Shown one piece after another: positions 12,301-23,511 of a DNA stretch of 64,000 nt. Numbering within the stretch: position 1 is the first letter of the stretch; each line of letters begins with the position of its first letter. The DNA is from Heptranchias perlo. Its lineage: Eukaryota. Where the stretch lies: positions 20,708,001 to 20,772,000 of the forward strand of contig NC_090356.1 in assembly GCF_035084215.1 (NCBI RefSeq), read 5' to 3'. Made by a program: the position numbers and the translations under genes. Under the pieces are notes generated by a model. That model searched no databases, had not been told where the DNA came from, and saw only the letters and a program-made list of their open reading frames with translations.

Positions 12301-15300
12301 AGCTGCCGCATTTCCTACATTACAACAGTGTGATAAAGACCAAATAATCTGTTTTAGGTGTTGGTTGAGGGAAAAATATTGGCCAGGACACTGGGGACAA
12401 CTCCCCTGCTCGTCTTCAAAATAGTGCCATTGGATCTTTTACGTCCACCTGAGAGGGTTTAACATCTCATCTGAAATTCGTCACCTCCAATAGTGCTGCA
12501 TTCCCTCAGTACTGCACTGGACTGTTAGCCTAGATTTTGTGCTCAAGTCTCTGGAGTGGAACTTGAACCCATGACCTTCTGACTCAGAGACGAGAGTGCT
12601 ACCAACTGAGCCACCGCTGACACCTTTAACCTTTATTGGACATATCTTAATAACGATTAAATTAGCAAAGAGAGGAACTTTGACCCCTCGCCGCCAGGTT
12701 CATTGTGGAGTGCGGCTGGTAACCTTGGAAATGGCCCTCAGGATGAGCCAGCACCTGCGGGTGAGGAGGGAGAGAAACTTGGCAGAATTGTTCTCAAGTT
12801 GCAAATCGTGGAACCAACGCATAAAACAACTGACCCTACACAGTCACGCATATTCCTGAGGAACTGCCCTATAGGAGCAGGGGTCCATGAAACCGGACAC
12901 ACAGCTCAGTTGTCGGGGAGTACGTCTCCGGCACTTACTTATGCTGCCAAACACCCAGCCGCCACCGTGAAAGAACATGACCCCTCGTCTTGTTCCCGCA
13001 GACGCTGACTGTGGTTGGTAAACCCTCACGGGGACACCGTCAAATTGCACGTCTTGGATGATGAGCCCAGCTTCTTCCTTGTGTTTTGTCCCATGTAGTT
13101 TTGTTCTCAGGTAGCGAACGATGGTGATCTGGGGTCCGAAGCCCATGTTCTGAGCGATGTTTCCCTGGGAGTGGGGGGAGGAAGAGAGAGGAGGTTAAAA
13201 CAACAACAACCTGCATTTATATAGCACCTTTAACATAGGAAAACGTCCCAAGGTGCATTGCCAAACAGAACATTGACACCAAGCCACGTAAGGAGATATT
13301 AGGACAGGTGACCAAAAGCTTGGTCAAAGAGGTAGGTTTTAAGGAGCGCCTTAAAGGAGGAGAGAGAGGTGGAGAGGCGGAGAGGTTCAGGGAGGGAATT
13401 CCAGAGATTAGGCCTAGGCAGCTGAAGGCACGGCCACCAATGGTGGGGTGAATGGACTGAGGGATGGATCCTGGAGGGTTGTAGGGCAGGAGGAGGTTAC
13501 AGAAATAGGGAGGGGCGAGGCCATGGAAGGATTTGACCATTAGGATGAGAATTAAAACAGAATGAAAGCAGTTTGAGAAGGAGCAGACACAAAACAAACT
13601 ATCTATCACAGTTATTCCCTTTTCTCTGCAACGCTCTCTCCTCCGTTCCTGAAGACCCTGCCTCCCTGCGGGGGTACAGGTACCATGGGCACCCTCTGGC
13701 ACTTTAACCGAGTGGCCGCACTTTGTGCAGGCTGCTCGAGAGTGGTATTTGAACGTGTCCTTGCCTGATATTCATACATAGGCACTTTCCAGTCACTGTA
13801 TTAACTGCTTGCGACGCTCCCTGCAGTTGAATAGCCTGCTGACACTCACTGTCCTGCCTGACTGAATAGCCGTTTGGGTGAGGTCGGCAGAGTGAACAGT
13901 GCCCGTGGTCCATGCCCTGGCAGGAGTCATTGCCCCTCCCCCACACCAATCCCCCGGAGGGAAGAGGAGAAAATTGGAGGGCAAAATTAATTAGCCACAA
14001 ATTTTTAAAATTATTTTCAGCCACCACACATGTAGAATCACAGAAATCTCGAGGCTGGAAAAAACCATCTGGTCCACTCTCTTTGTGTCCTAGGAGTTGC
14101 ATTTAACAATGTGTTTTTCTTCAAGCTCCTTGAATTTGACCCTGAAGAACTCTAAGTTACTTGGCCCTACACCCTCCCTCGATGTGAGTAATCGATCACC
14201 CTCTCAGTAGAGTCTCTCCATGGTCCTCACTGAATCCCCCCGTTCTCCTCTTCTACTCATGTCTGCTGCTGTCTTGTGATGCTACAAATACCCCCGGACG
14301 AGGCACTTCGTCCCTCAGTCTTATCTATTTGAATAACTCTATCCTATCCCTCAGTCTCCTCTCCAGTGAGAAGGGCCCCAGTTCTGTGAGTCTACCCTCA
14401 CGAGATAGATTCCCAAGTCCCCTTATCAATCATGGCAGTTCTTCTCGGCACCTTCTCCAGTTCAGCTACGTCCATTGTGTAGTGTGGGTTCCTGATCTGC
14501 CTGATACCCTAGTGGGGACCTGACCAATGCTCTATATAATGGCGGGATTACTTCCTTACCCTCTGTGCCTCTGTAGAGTAAAGGGGGGGGAGAGGGGGGC
14601 TTTGAAAGGAGGACAGACATTACTCAATTTTCATTCAAACTCCTCCCCTCATGGCAAGATCACCATTGAGATTCTGGTGGACGCACGTCATTGTTCAACG
14701 ACACTCTTCACTGCTCTGCCCCTTGGTTGAGTTCTATGACGTAGTTGACATTCGTTCCATTGACCTATCCTATCTCAGCTGTACAAAACACTCCTATTGT
14801 ACCGTGACCTTGTTCAAACTCAAAACAGGCTACAATGAAACCTTTACTTCCACTCATTCTGTATCGTGCTGGAGAACCGAGCAGGATTAGGGTGAGGACA
14901 GTCGGCTAACTGAGACTCTATGGGGGTGAAGGGACGTTTGACCCTTTAATTAATTGAATGCATTACAGCAAACTGAACCGTGACTCTCACTAAAGGGAAT
15001 CACTGCCGCTCTCCCCGAAAGTTCAGTGAGCATAGGCACGCCTGGTTTGCAATTAAACCGTAGAGGTCACAATGCCCTGGTATAGACTCTCAGTCTGTGC
15101 TGATTTAACTAATCTCAGTAGTTCGGCTGTGACAATTTGCGTCAATGTCTCTGGAATAGGAGGGGGAGGGGGGGTGGAATCAGGTCCTTACTGGAAACTA
15201 CATGCGTGAAGGACAGGATCAGGCTCAGCTATGATGCCCTCCACAGTTGACTAGCTGGTTGACACTCGGTGGCTGGACTCCTGCATCTTGGGTGAGGTGG

Positions 15301-16625
15301 TGGAGAGGATTTTTCTGAGGAGAAAACTGATGGGGGCGGGGGGAGGGGGGAACGTTTCCAGGCCTTGTCAGTAAAGTGTGATTTTAATGGATAAAATTTC
15401 AAATAGCACGCTCCCTGCTCAGAGTCTCACCCACTGGGAGCACACATCAAAAACCACACGTGTGATTTAAAATGGGCCGGGAGCGTGCATGTGGACGACA
15501 CACGCCATTGTTAATATACAAATCAGCCAGCAAGTTCAGGGGATGAAGAGATACGCCCTGATTAGCGAATCTTCAGAACTTGCTGGTCGATTTATGCCTC
15601 TCCGCCATTTGCCTCACACAAGCGGCAGCTCGCCCTTATCTGCCCCGTTATTTTTAAGAACTTGTTGGATTTGCACATTAATGACCATTAAATTCTCCGC
15701 AGAAAGTTAAGTCTGGTAATTAAGAGCGTAAATACCTTTTTAACAACATGATAATTGTTAATGCAATGACATTCAACCTCTCTGGCCCAGAATGGGATCA
15801 ATTTAAACTGTTCAATCTCATTCCTTCAAGCTGGTGAATTGTTGGAGGTTTAAAAATGTCAAATTTTAAAATTTTACATTTTATTACTTTTCCTTTTTGT
15901 CCCTTTCTTCGCTCTCCCTGAATCCAATCTTTCTTTCCCTCTCTTTATTTCTCTTTCTGTACCTAATTTGACTCTAATTCACCCTCCTTCTCAGTCGTTC
16001 CTCAGTTTCTTTCTCATTCCTTAAATCTCATTGATTAAGGAGATAGACTGTTGGTCCCATCATTCACTAAGGTCCCAGATGCCCCATTGCCCTTGCTGCT
16101 CCGTTCCGAGCTCGCACTTCCAGCAAGTTGGGGCACAAAAAAATCTTGAGCTGAAGGGTGCAGGAAAAAGTCTAATTAATGGTGTACACCGCGAGATGCC
16201 CCGCCCCAAGTCTGGCCCGTTGTGCACTCCCCTGTGCGAGGCTCAGTTCTGGGAGTGCACAATCAGAACATTTATCCATTAAATCTCATACTGGGATTTT
16301 CCTTTAAGATCCCAGTCTGGATGACATGCAGCTTCCCTTTAAGTCAAAAGAAATTAATTAGTAACTGCCTGTGTTAGCCGAGCTTTTTGTATCACTAAAC
16401 TGCTGCCTCGAGTTTGTCGAGTCGTCTGATTCTCGCAGAGCTTCTTACCAGTGTGCATGTTGCGATTTGCATTCCATGGATGAGCCGGAGTTTCCCCGGT
16501 CCCTGGATACCTGGTGGCAGAACCGAGTCGGTGAAGACGGAGTAAATGACCCCGGAAACCAGCAGCACAAACAAGCCCACCACAACAGCCACCGTCATAG
16601 TCAACATCCAAAGCAACAGATCCAT
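5533..16625 (-). CDS. AADACL4: Arylacetamide deacetylase-like 3/4 esterase, 4 coding exons: complement(join(5533..6316,10782..10845,12939..13164,16449..16625)), 1251 nt, 416 aa
   Basis: Spliced frame is open with GT-AG introns (phases 0,1,2). It has an N-terminal hydrophobic anchor, HGGG oxyanion motif, YRLAPEH, GDSAG nucleophile elbow, EFDVLRDDG and GFHG motifs of hormone-sensitive-lipase-family hydrolases. Head-to-head with DHRS3, as AADACL4 is in human. AADACL3 vs AADACL4 orthology cannot be resolved by eye. Confidence 0.9.
6350..7350 (-). mobile_element. L2-clade LINE ORF2 endonuclease-region remnant
   Basis: ALQNVRSL...IETW N-terminal APE motif; strand-biased purine-rich composition. 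Confidence 0.6.
8280..10335 (+). mobile_element. Degraded CR1 LINE (RT to 3' UTR)
   Basis: DKSLGPDG, LGPLL..KFADDT, LGHS*ENCVQFW-like remnants. Confidence 0.8.
10782..10845 (-). CDS. AADACL4: AADACL exon 3 (DYDNLCRYIAKETDSVVVSV), 64 nt, absent from the ORF track
   Basis: Acceptor ttcttcctcag|AT, donor GA|GTGAGT; phases join exon 2 to exon 4 in frame. Confidence 0.92.
12045..12756. repeat. 87-bp inverted repeat (12045-12131 / 12670-12756), 1 mismatch
   Basis: Manual reverse-complement alignment. Confidence 0.93.
12190..12625 (-). mobile_element. SacSINE1-like SINE in AADACL intron 2
   Basis: Reverse complement of the family consensus, head at about 12620. Confidence 0.8.
12939..13164 (-). 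CDS. AADACL4: AADACL exon 2 (GNIAQNMGFG...FHGGGWVFGSI)
   Basis: Acceptor tcccag|GGA, donor A|GTAAGT; FDGVPVRVYQP and HGGGW motifs. Confidence 0.93.
13198..13560 (-). mobile_element. L2 LINE 3' end, abutting the AADACL exon 2 acceptor
   Basis: KSFHGLAPPY...GGRAFS; tail tatataaatgcaggttgttg. Confidence 0.85.
16449..16625 (-). CDS. AADACL4: AADACL exon 1 (MDLLLWML...ATCTL), signal-anchor segment
   Basis: ATG at 16625, 59 codons, donor CTG|GTAAGA; hydrophobic stretch followed by LPPGIQGPGKLR. Confidence 0.88.
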
Positions 16626-16799
16626 GATACTGTTTCTGGAAATAAACCTTCAGCAGGCCCAGGGAACGTCCAGACAGACTCTCCCCTGCTCTCTTGCCCC
16701 TGTCAGTCTGGTCTCTGCGCTGCCCAGTGTCCTTGTGCTGTAACCGTTGGAAATTGAGGAAGAGGAATGACCTCACTGTAAACTCAGGAACTGGAAGTG

Positions 16800-18393
16800 G
16801 TTGTGTGTGTGAGGGGTGGGGGCTGTGTGTGTGGGGGGGAGGGGTNNNNNNNNNNNNNNNNNNNNNNNNNNNNNNNNNNNNNNNNNNNNNNNNNNNNNNN
16901 NNNNNNNNNNNNNNNNNNNNNNNNNNNNNNNNNNNNNNNNNNNNNNNNNNNNNNNNNNNNNNNNNNNNNNNNNNNNNNNNNNNNNNNNNNNNNGGAGGGT
17001 GGGGGGGGTCTGTGGGGGGGGGGTGGGGGGGTGTGTGTGTGGGGGGGTGGGGGTGTGTGGGGGGTGGAGGGTGGGGGGGTCTGTGGGGGGAGTGTGGGGG
17101 GGGTGGGGTTGGTGTGGGGGGGGTGGGGGTGTGTGGGGGGTGGGGGGTGGGGGGGGTCTGTGGGGGGGGTGGGGTTGGTGTAGGGGGGGTGGGGGTGTGT
17201 GTGGGGGGTGGGGCGTGGGGGGGGGTCTGTGGGGGGGGGGTGGGGGGGTGGGGTGTGTGTGTGGGGGGGGTGGGGTTGGTGTGTGGGGGGGGTGTGGGTG
17301 GGTGGTGGGGGTGTGTGTGGGGGGGGGTCTGTGGGGGGGTGGGGTTGGTGTGTGGGGGGTGGGGGGTGTGTGGGTGGTGGTGGGGGGGGGTGTGGGGGGG
17401 GTGGGGTTGGTGTGGGTGGTGGTGGGGGGGTGGGGGTGTGTGTGGGGGGGTTGGGGTTGGTGGTGGGGGGGTGGGGGTGTGTGTGGGGGGGTTGGGGTTG
17501 GTGNNNNNNNNNNNNNNNNNNNNNNNNNNNNNNNNNNNNNNNNNNNNNNNNNNNNNNNNNNNNNNNNNNNNNNNNNNNNNNNNNNNNNNNNNNNNNNNNN
17601 NNNNNNNNNNNNNNNNNNNNNNNNNNNNNNNNNNNNNNNNNNNNNNNNNNNNNNNNNNNNNNNNNNNNNNNNNNNNNNNNNNNNNNNNNNNNNNNNNNNN
17701 NNNNNNNNNNNNNNNNNNNNNNNNNNNNNNNNNNNNNNNNNNNNNNNNNNNNNNNNNNNNNNNGTGTGTGTGGGGGGGGGTGGGGTGTGTGTGGGGGGGG
17801 TGGGGGTGTGTGTGTGGGGGGGGGTCTGTGGGGGGGGTGGGGTTGGTGTGTGGGGGGTGTGTGGGTGGTGGTGGTGGGGGGTGTGGGGGGGTGGGGTTGG
17901 TGTGGGTGGTGGTGGGGGTGTGGGGGTGTGTGTGGGGGGGTTGGGGTTGGTGTNNNNNNNNNNNNNNNNNNNNNNNNNNNNNNNNNNNNNNNNNNNNNNN
18001 NNNNNNNNNNNNNNNNNNNNNNNNNNNNNNNNNNNNNNNNNNNNNNNNNNNNNNNNNNNNNNNNNNNNNNNNNNNNNNNNNNNNNNNNNNNNNNNNNNNN
18101 NNNNNNNNNNNNNNNNNNNNNNNNNNNNNNNNNNNNNNNNNNNNNNNNNNNNNNNNNNNNNNNNNNNNNNNNNNNNNNNNNNNNNNNNNNNNNNNNNNNN
18201 NNNNNNNNNNNNNNNNNNNNNNNNNNNNNNNNNNNNNNNNNNNNNNNNNNNNNNNNNNNNGGGGGGGGTGGGGTTGGTGTGGGGGGGGTGGGGGGGTCTG
18301 TGTGGGGGGGTGGGGTTGGTGTGGGGGGGGTGGGGGGGTCTGTGTGGGGGGGTGGGGGTGTGTGTGGGGGGGGGGGGGTGGGGGGGTGTGTGT
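16800..18393. repeat. G/T-only low-complexity tandem array with three N gaps (16846-16993, 17504-17763, 17954-18260)
   Basis: GGGGT/GTGT/GGGTCTGT units read directly. Confidence 0.95.
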
Positions 18394-18504
18394 GACTTCA
18401 ATGGAAATATAAAGGGTGAGATGTGAAGCGAGCTCTTGTCTTGCTATTGCCCTTTCCAGTTGATCGCACAGAGTCGAGATCTACCCAGAGGTTCTACAAA
18501 ACCC

Positions 18505-21100
18505 TGGCCTAGAAATCCGGTCGCTCAGCATTGCTTCTTTCAGGCAGTAATTGGCCTATTAAGGTCCTAATATGATGGGCAGGAAGTGGCGCACATTTCT
18601 GGATGGAAGTGCGCCTCCCGCCATATTGGATACGGTGGATGTGCTGGCGTCAGGACCGCATGTCGGGATTGTTTAAATGGGGGAATAATTAATTCAGATT
18701 AGGGTGCGGCCCTTCTTGCCGGACCTCTTTCTATATTCGATCACCCCAGCACCTCACTCGCCAATGCTGAACTCACACAGCTCAATGTGGCGCTAACCCG
18801 CAGGAAGGACCCCTCACCAGCGCTATTTGAAGGGGCCATGCAGTAATCACAGGGCAGTTGCTGGTTCCTTATTCCAGGCTGCTTGTTAACTTCTGGACGT
18901 TTCTTGGTGTGTTTTATCACTCTGGGACGTTCACTTTGCACAGAGCAGGATTCTGCTGCTCTTGCACCTTTTTTTGACTGCCTCACAGATAGTTTGGCTG
19001 CAGTCCTGGGTGGCCTGGTCGGGCTGCCTTTGGGGCTGGAGGAAGAGGGGGAGCAGTAAGGAAGAGGCCAGAGAGCAGGAGCAGCTGCCAGGAGGCGAAT
19101 ATTCGGGGAGCACTTCTCCTACATTAACATTGCTCAGGAGCAATGTCTCAGTCGCCTTTGCTTCACCAAGGAGGCTGTCACCGAGATATGTCACCTGCTG
19201 CAGCCACAGTGCGAGCTCGTAACAGGCCATGGGCAGCACTTTTATGCCACTGGCTCCTTTCGGGCTGCAGCAGGTGACTTCAGTGACATCTCCCAGTTTG
19301 CAGTCCACCTTTCAGGGAGTTTGCTGAGGCTCTCTACACCAGGAGGAACCCCCTCCATCTCCTTCCCCGTGGACCAGGGCGAAGCAGGAAGAGAGAGCAC
19401 TAGGCTTCACCTAGATGGCAGGTTTCCCCAGGGTGCCATAGATTGCACACGCACATGTTCCCTATCACCAGCCTGGCATCTTTATCAATCGAAAATGATT
19501 CCACTCACTCAACGTACAGCTGGTGTGTGACCACAGGCAGCGCATCATGCAGGTCTGTGCCCGCTATCCAGGCAGCAGTCGTGACTCCTTCATCCTGCGC
19601 CAGTTCTCTGTGCCACCTTTATTCCGACCAGGCCATCAAGTTCCAGGCTGGCTAGTGGGCGACAAGGGCTATCCCCTCCAGATGTGGCTCATGATTCCTG
19701 TCACGAACCTGCACACAGCTGCAGAGCAGGCCTGCAAGAGCCAGGCTAAGGCAGGACAGGTCAACATAATGAACGTCAAATATCTCTCAGAACCCAGCCA
19801 AAGGGGAGTGTAGGGAAGTGTGTCGTTGAACAATGATGTGAGTATGCCAGAATCTCAGTCCTCCTTCCAAACCCCCCACCCCCCTTTACTCAACAGATTG
19901 GAAGGAAGTAATCCTACCATTGTATAGAGCGTTGGTCAGGTCTCCACTAGGTTGTGTCAGCCTTGGCTCAGTGGGTTGCACCCTCGCCTCTGAGTCAGAA
20001 GGTCATGAGTTCAAGTCCCACTCCAGAGACCCGAGCATGTAATCAAGGCTGAGACTCCGAGTGTTGTACCCGAGGGAGGTGCTGTCCTTTGGATGAGATG
20101 TTAGACCCAGGCCCTGTCTGCCCTCTCAGGTGGATGAGAGCCATGCGGCCACAAGAAACATGACTGAGCAAACCATTGGCCTGCTCAAGCAATGCTTCCA
20201 CTGCCTGAACCATTCCATCCGGAGGACCTTGCGGTACATCCCTGCGCAGGATTTGTGGTCGTCTGCTGCATGCTGCACAACTTCATGAGGGACCTGCCTT
20301 TACCGCCACCTGGGCAACAACAAGTGCAGGAGGAGGAGGGGATGCAGCGACCAGCTCATCGAGGAGGGCTTTGACCTAAATCAAACCTTCAACCCAATGC
20401 ACCAACCGTCCCACAGTCCTTACCACCACAATCCAATTGCCTTCCTTCTGTCTGGATTTATGGGTCTTGCTCTCACTTCACCAACACCAAATCCAGAACA
20501 AAAAACAAAATTATCAATCAACTCAATGACATGTCTGTCTAACAGTGAGCAGAAATAGTTAAGAATCACCCTTAGGTGCCTGTCTTGTGTGCTCCGTTCC
20601 CTATCCTGGTGCGCCCACGAGTTTCCCCAGTGCCTGCGGCTCGGGAAGTGGGAGGCTGCTGAGCTTCTGTTCAGGACACTTCAGATGGCCTTGGTGAGCG
20701 ACCTCTAGCAATCCTGGGCTTTGAGGGCTCGGCTGCAGACTGCACCATCCTGGCCTGGGCCGGGGCTGTGTGGCTCGAGTAAGGGCACTGGCGGTGTGGC
20801 TAGCGGGGGAGCGGGGATGTTACCCTGAGAGAGGACAGCAGGTTCCTCCCCCATGGAGCCAAGGCCAGTCTCCTGGGACGGGGCCTCAGCACTCCACCTT
20901 ACTGCTCTGTGCAGGACCGCTGTGACGCTTTGAAGGACCCCCCCCCCCCCCCACAATCTCCTCTTCCTTTTTCGCCGTTCATGGGTTCTGATGGCGCAAA
21001 TCCCCAGGCAAATCTGGGCCATTGTTGTCTGTCTCAAACTCAGTGGCTGCTGGACTTAAAAAAACGTGTCAGCTCTCATTTAATTATCAACCACAGCCCT
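18505..21100 (+). mobile_element. Decayed PIF/Harbinger DNA transposon (HARBI1-like DDE transposase pseudo-ORF about 18990-20380); outer boundaries approximate
   Basis: Fragments QGAIDCT, FINRK*FHSLNVQLVCD, ARYPGSSRDSFIL, LVGDKGYPL, TEQTIGLLKQCFHCL, VVCCMLHN with stops, frameshifts and a 400-bp insertion. Confidence 0.85.
19955..20136 (+). mobile_element. SacSINE1-like SINE 5' half, inside the Harbinger remnant
   Basis: Head through caggtggatg, then abrupt return to transposase sequence. Confidence 0.8.
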
Positions 21101-21802
21101 TGAGTAAAACCAGGCAGTTGGTATATTCTGTAAAATATGGTAGATGGTGAAAGGCCGTTGCCCATTTGTGCTGTGACCAGCACTTATCTGCTCCACTAGG
21201 TGGAGATATAAGGCCATTCCAGGAACTTGGCTACACAAGGATCCTCACACTGGACTCCTTTCCCCAAATTGCTCCTGTTTCACGAGCACTGGCCAACCTC
21301 TGGTGCTTCACACGTGTCCATTCGCCACGTCCGAGCTATTGAGAGGTTATTCGACTGTGGAGGGCTTCATAGCTAAGCCCTTTGCTGTCCTCACCTGATG
21401 TCCACACACATACAGTCAGCAGGTTACTGACAAGTAATCACGAACTGAAAACCTTGCCTGGTTTTGTCCCTCCTTAGCTCCAGGGGCCCTGAGGAGAACT
21501 GTAGTGCCCCCAGATTGGACTTTTAATGTGGTGGGTGGGTGGATTATTACCGGCCCCTGACCCCTAGCCCCTAACCCATTGGAGATACGAATGAGAGATG
21601 AGCCCCATTAAGTGAGAGCGGCCATTGACTGCTGCTGGCTACATCTTGTTCTCTGGAAACGGTTCTAAAGAAAGTTGCCCCCTGTGCTTGGCCTGGACTC
21701 CAAACGCTTTATCTGGGGACACAACAGATAGATCTCCCCCAATCCGGTTACCTCATTCCGAGCAACATCCCACTGCTTCCCTCCAGTAACCCCGTCCAAG
21801 TT

Positions 21803-22918
21803 TTTTTAATTTATTCGTTCATGGGATGTGGGTGTCGCTGGCGAGGCCGGCATTTATTGCCCATCCCTAATTGCCCTCGAGAAGGTGGTGGTGAGCCGCC
21901 TTCTTGATCCGCTGCAGTCCGTGTGGTGAAGGTTCTCCCACAGTGCTGTTAGGAAGGGAGTTCCAGGATTTTGACCCAGCGACGATGAAGGAACGGCGAT
22001 ATATTTCCAAGTCGAGATGGTGTGTGACTTGGAGGGGAACGTGCAGGTGGTGTTGCTCCCATGTGCCTGCTGCCCTTGTCCTTCTAGGTGGTAGGGGTCA
22101 CGGGTTTGGGAGGTGCTGTCGAAGAAGCCTTGGCGAGTTGCTGCAGTGCATCCTGTGGATGGTACACACTGCAGCCACGGTGCGCCGGTGGTGAAGGGAG
22201 TGAATGTTTAGGGTGGTGGATGGGGTGCCAATCAAGCAGGCTGCTTTGTCCTGGATGGTGTCGAGCTTCTTGAGTGTTGTTGGAGCTGCACTCATCCAGG
22301 CAAGTGGAGAGTATTCCATCACACTCCTGACTTGTGCCTTGTAGATGGTGGAAAGGCTTTGGGGAGTCAGGAGGTGAGTCACTCGCCGCAGAATACCCAG
22401 CCTCTGACTTGCTGTTATAGCCACAGTATTTATGTGGCTGGTCCAGTTAAGTTTCTGGACAATGGTGACCTCCAGGAAGTTGATGGTAGTGGATTCGGCG
22501 ATGGTAATGCCGTTGAATGTCCAGGGGAGGTGGTTAGACTCTCTCTTGTTGGCGATGGTCATTGCCTGGCACTTGTCTGGCACGAATGTTACTTGCCACT
22601 TATGAGCCCAAGCCTGGATGTTGTCCAGGTCTTGCTGCATGCGGGCACGGACGACTGCATTATCTGAGGGGTTGCGAATGGAACTGAACACTGTGGAATA
22701 ATCAGCGAACATCCCCATTTCTGACCTCATGATGGTGGGAAGGTCATTGATGAAGCAGCTGAAGATGGTTGGGCCTAGGACACTGCCCTGAGGAACTCCT
22801 GCAGCAATGTCCTGGGGCTGAGATGATTGGCCTCCAACAACCACTACCATCTTCCTTTGTGCTAGGTATGACTTCAGCCACTGGAGAGTTTTCCCTCTGA
22901 TTCCCATTGACTTCAATG
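21803..22918 (-). mobile_element. 5'-truncated young CR1-clade LINE (RT C-terminal half and 3' UTR)
   Basis: Uninterrupted 272-aa ORF 22098..22916 with GVPQGSVLGP, FADY (catalytic FADD mutated), YKAQVRSVMEY. Confidence 0.9.
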
Positions 22919-23251
22919 GTCAGTTTTCACCTGTGAGCCTGGACAATGAAGGTCAGTGGCTTTTTTCAACCAGGAGAGGCATCACAGCTGAGCCTGACCC
23001 TGTCCCTCCCCCGACGTGCACATTGGGGTCACCGGATACGGATCAGGAGTGGAAAAGAATGTGGAACTCCATGGAGTGGTTGAGGCGCATCGCATAGATG
23101 CATTTAAAGGGGGTTAGATGAAGAGGGGTGGAAGGAGGCTCGAGCAGAGCACAAACACCGGCATAGACCTGTTGGGCCAAATGGCCTGTTTCTGTGCTGT
23201 AAAATTCTATATAATTCTATGTAGAATGTGGAACCTGCTACCACATGGAGT

Positions 23252-23407
23252 AATGTAAGGAATCTTACAACACCAGGTTATAGTCCAACAGTTTTATTTG
23301 AAAATCACAAGCTTTCGGAGGCTTTCTCCTTCGTCACTCACCACCTGGTGTTGTAAGATTCCTTACATTTGTCCACCCCAGTCCATCACCGGCATCTCCA
23401 CATCATG
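23252..23407. mobile_element. Penelope-like retroelement terminus with inverted 5' piece and 12-bp target-site duplication
   Basis: Perfect 27-bp inverted repeat (23252-23278 / 23343-23369); flanked by ACCACATGGAGT at 23240 and 23408; inserted in a CR1 3' UTR. Confidence 0.7.
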
Positions 23408-23511
23408 ACCACATGGAGTGATTGAGGAGAATAACATTGATGCATTTGAAGGGAAGCTAGATAGGTAGATGAGGGAGAAAGGAATAGACGAATACATTGA
23501 CAGGGTGAGAT

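Noticed and set aside
16694-18426. 398-572 aa Gly/Val/Trp- or Pro/His/Thr-rich ORFs
   Set aside because: Artefacts of a G/T low-complexity array and N gaps
18990-20380. Domesticated HARBI1 gene
   Set aside because: Stops, frameshifts and an insertion; a transposon fossil
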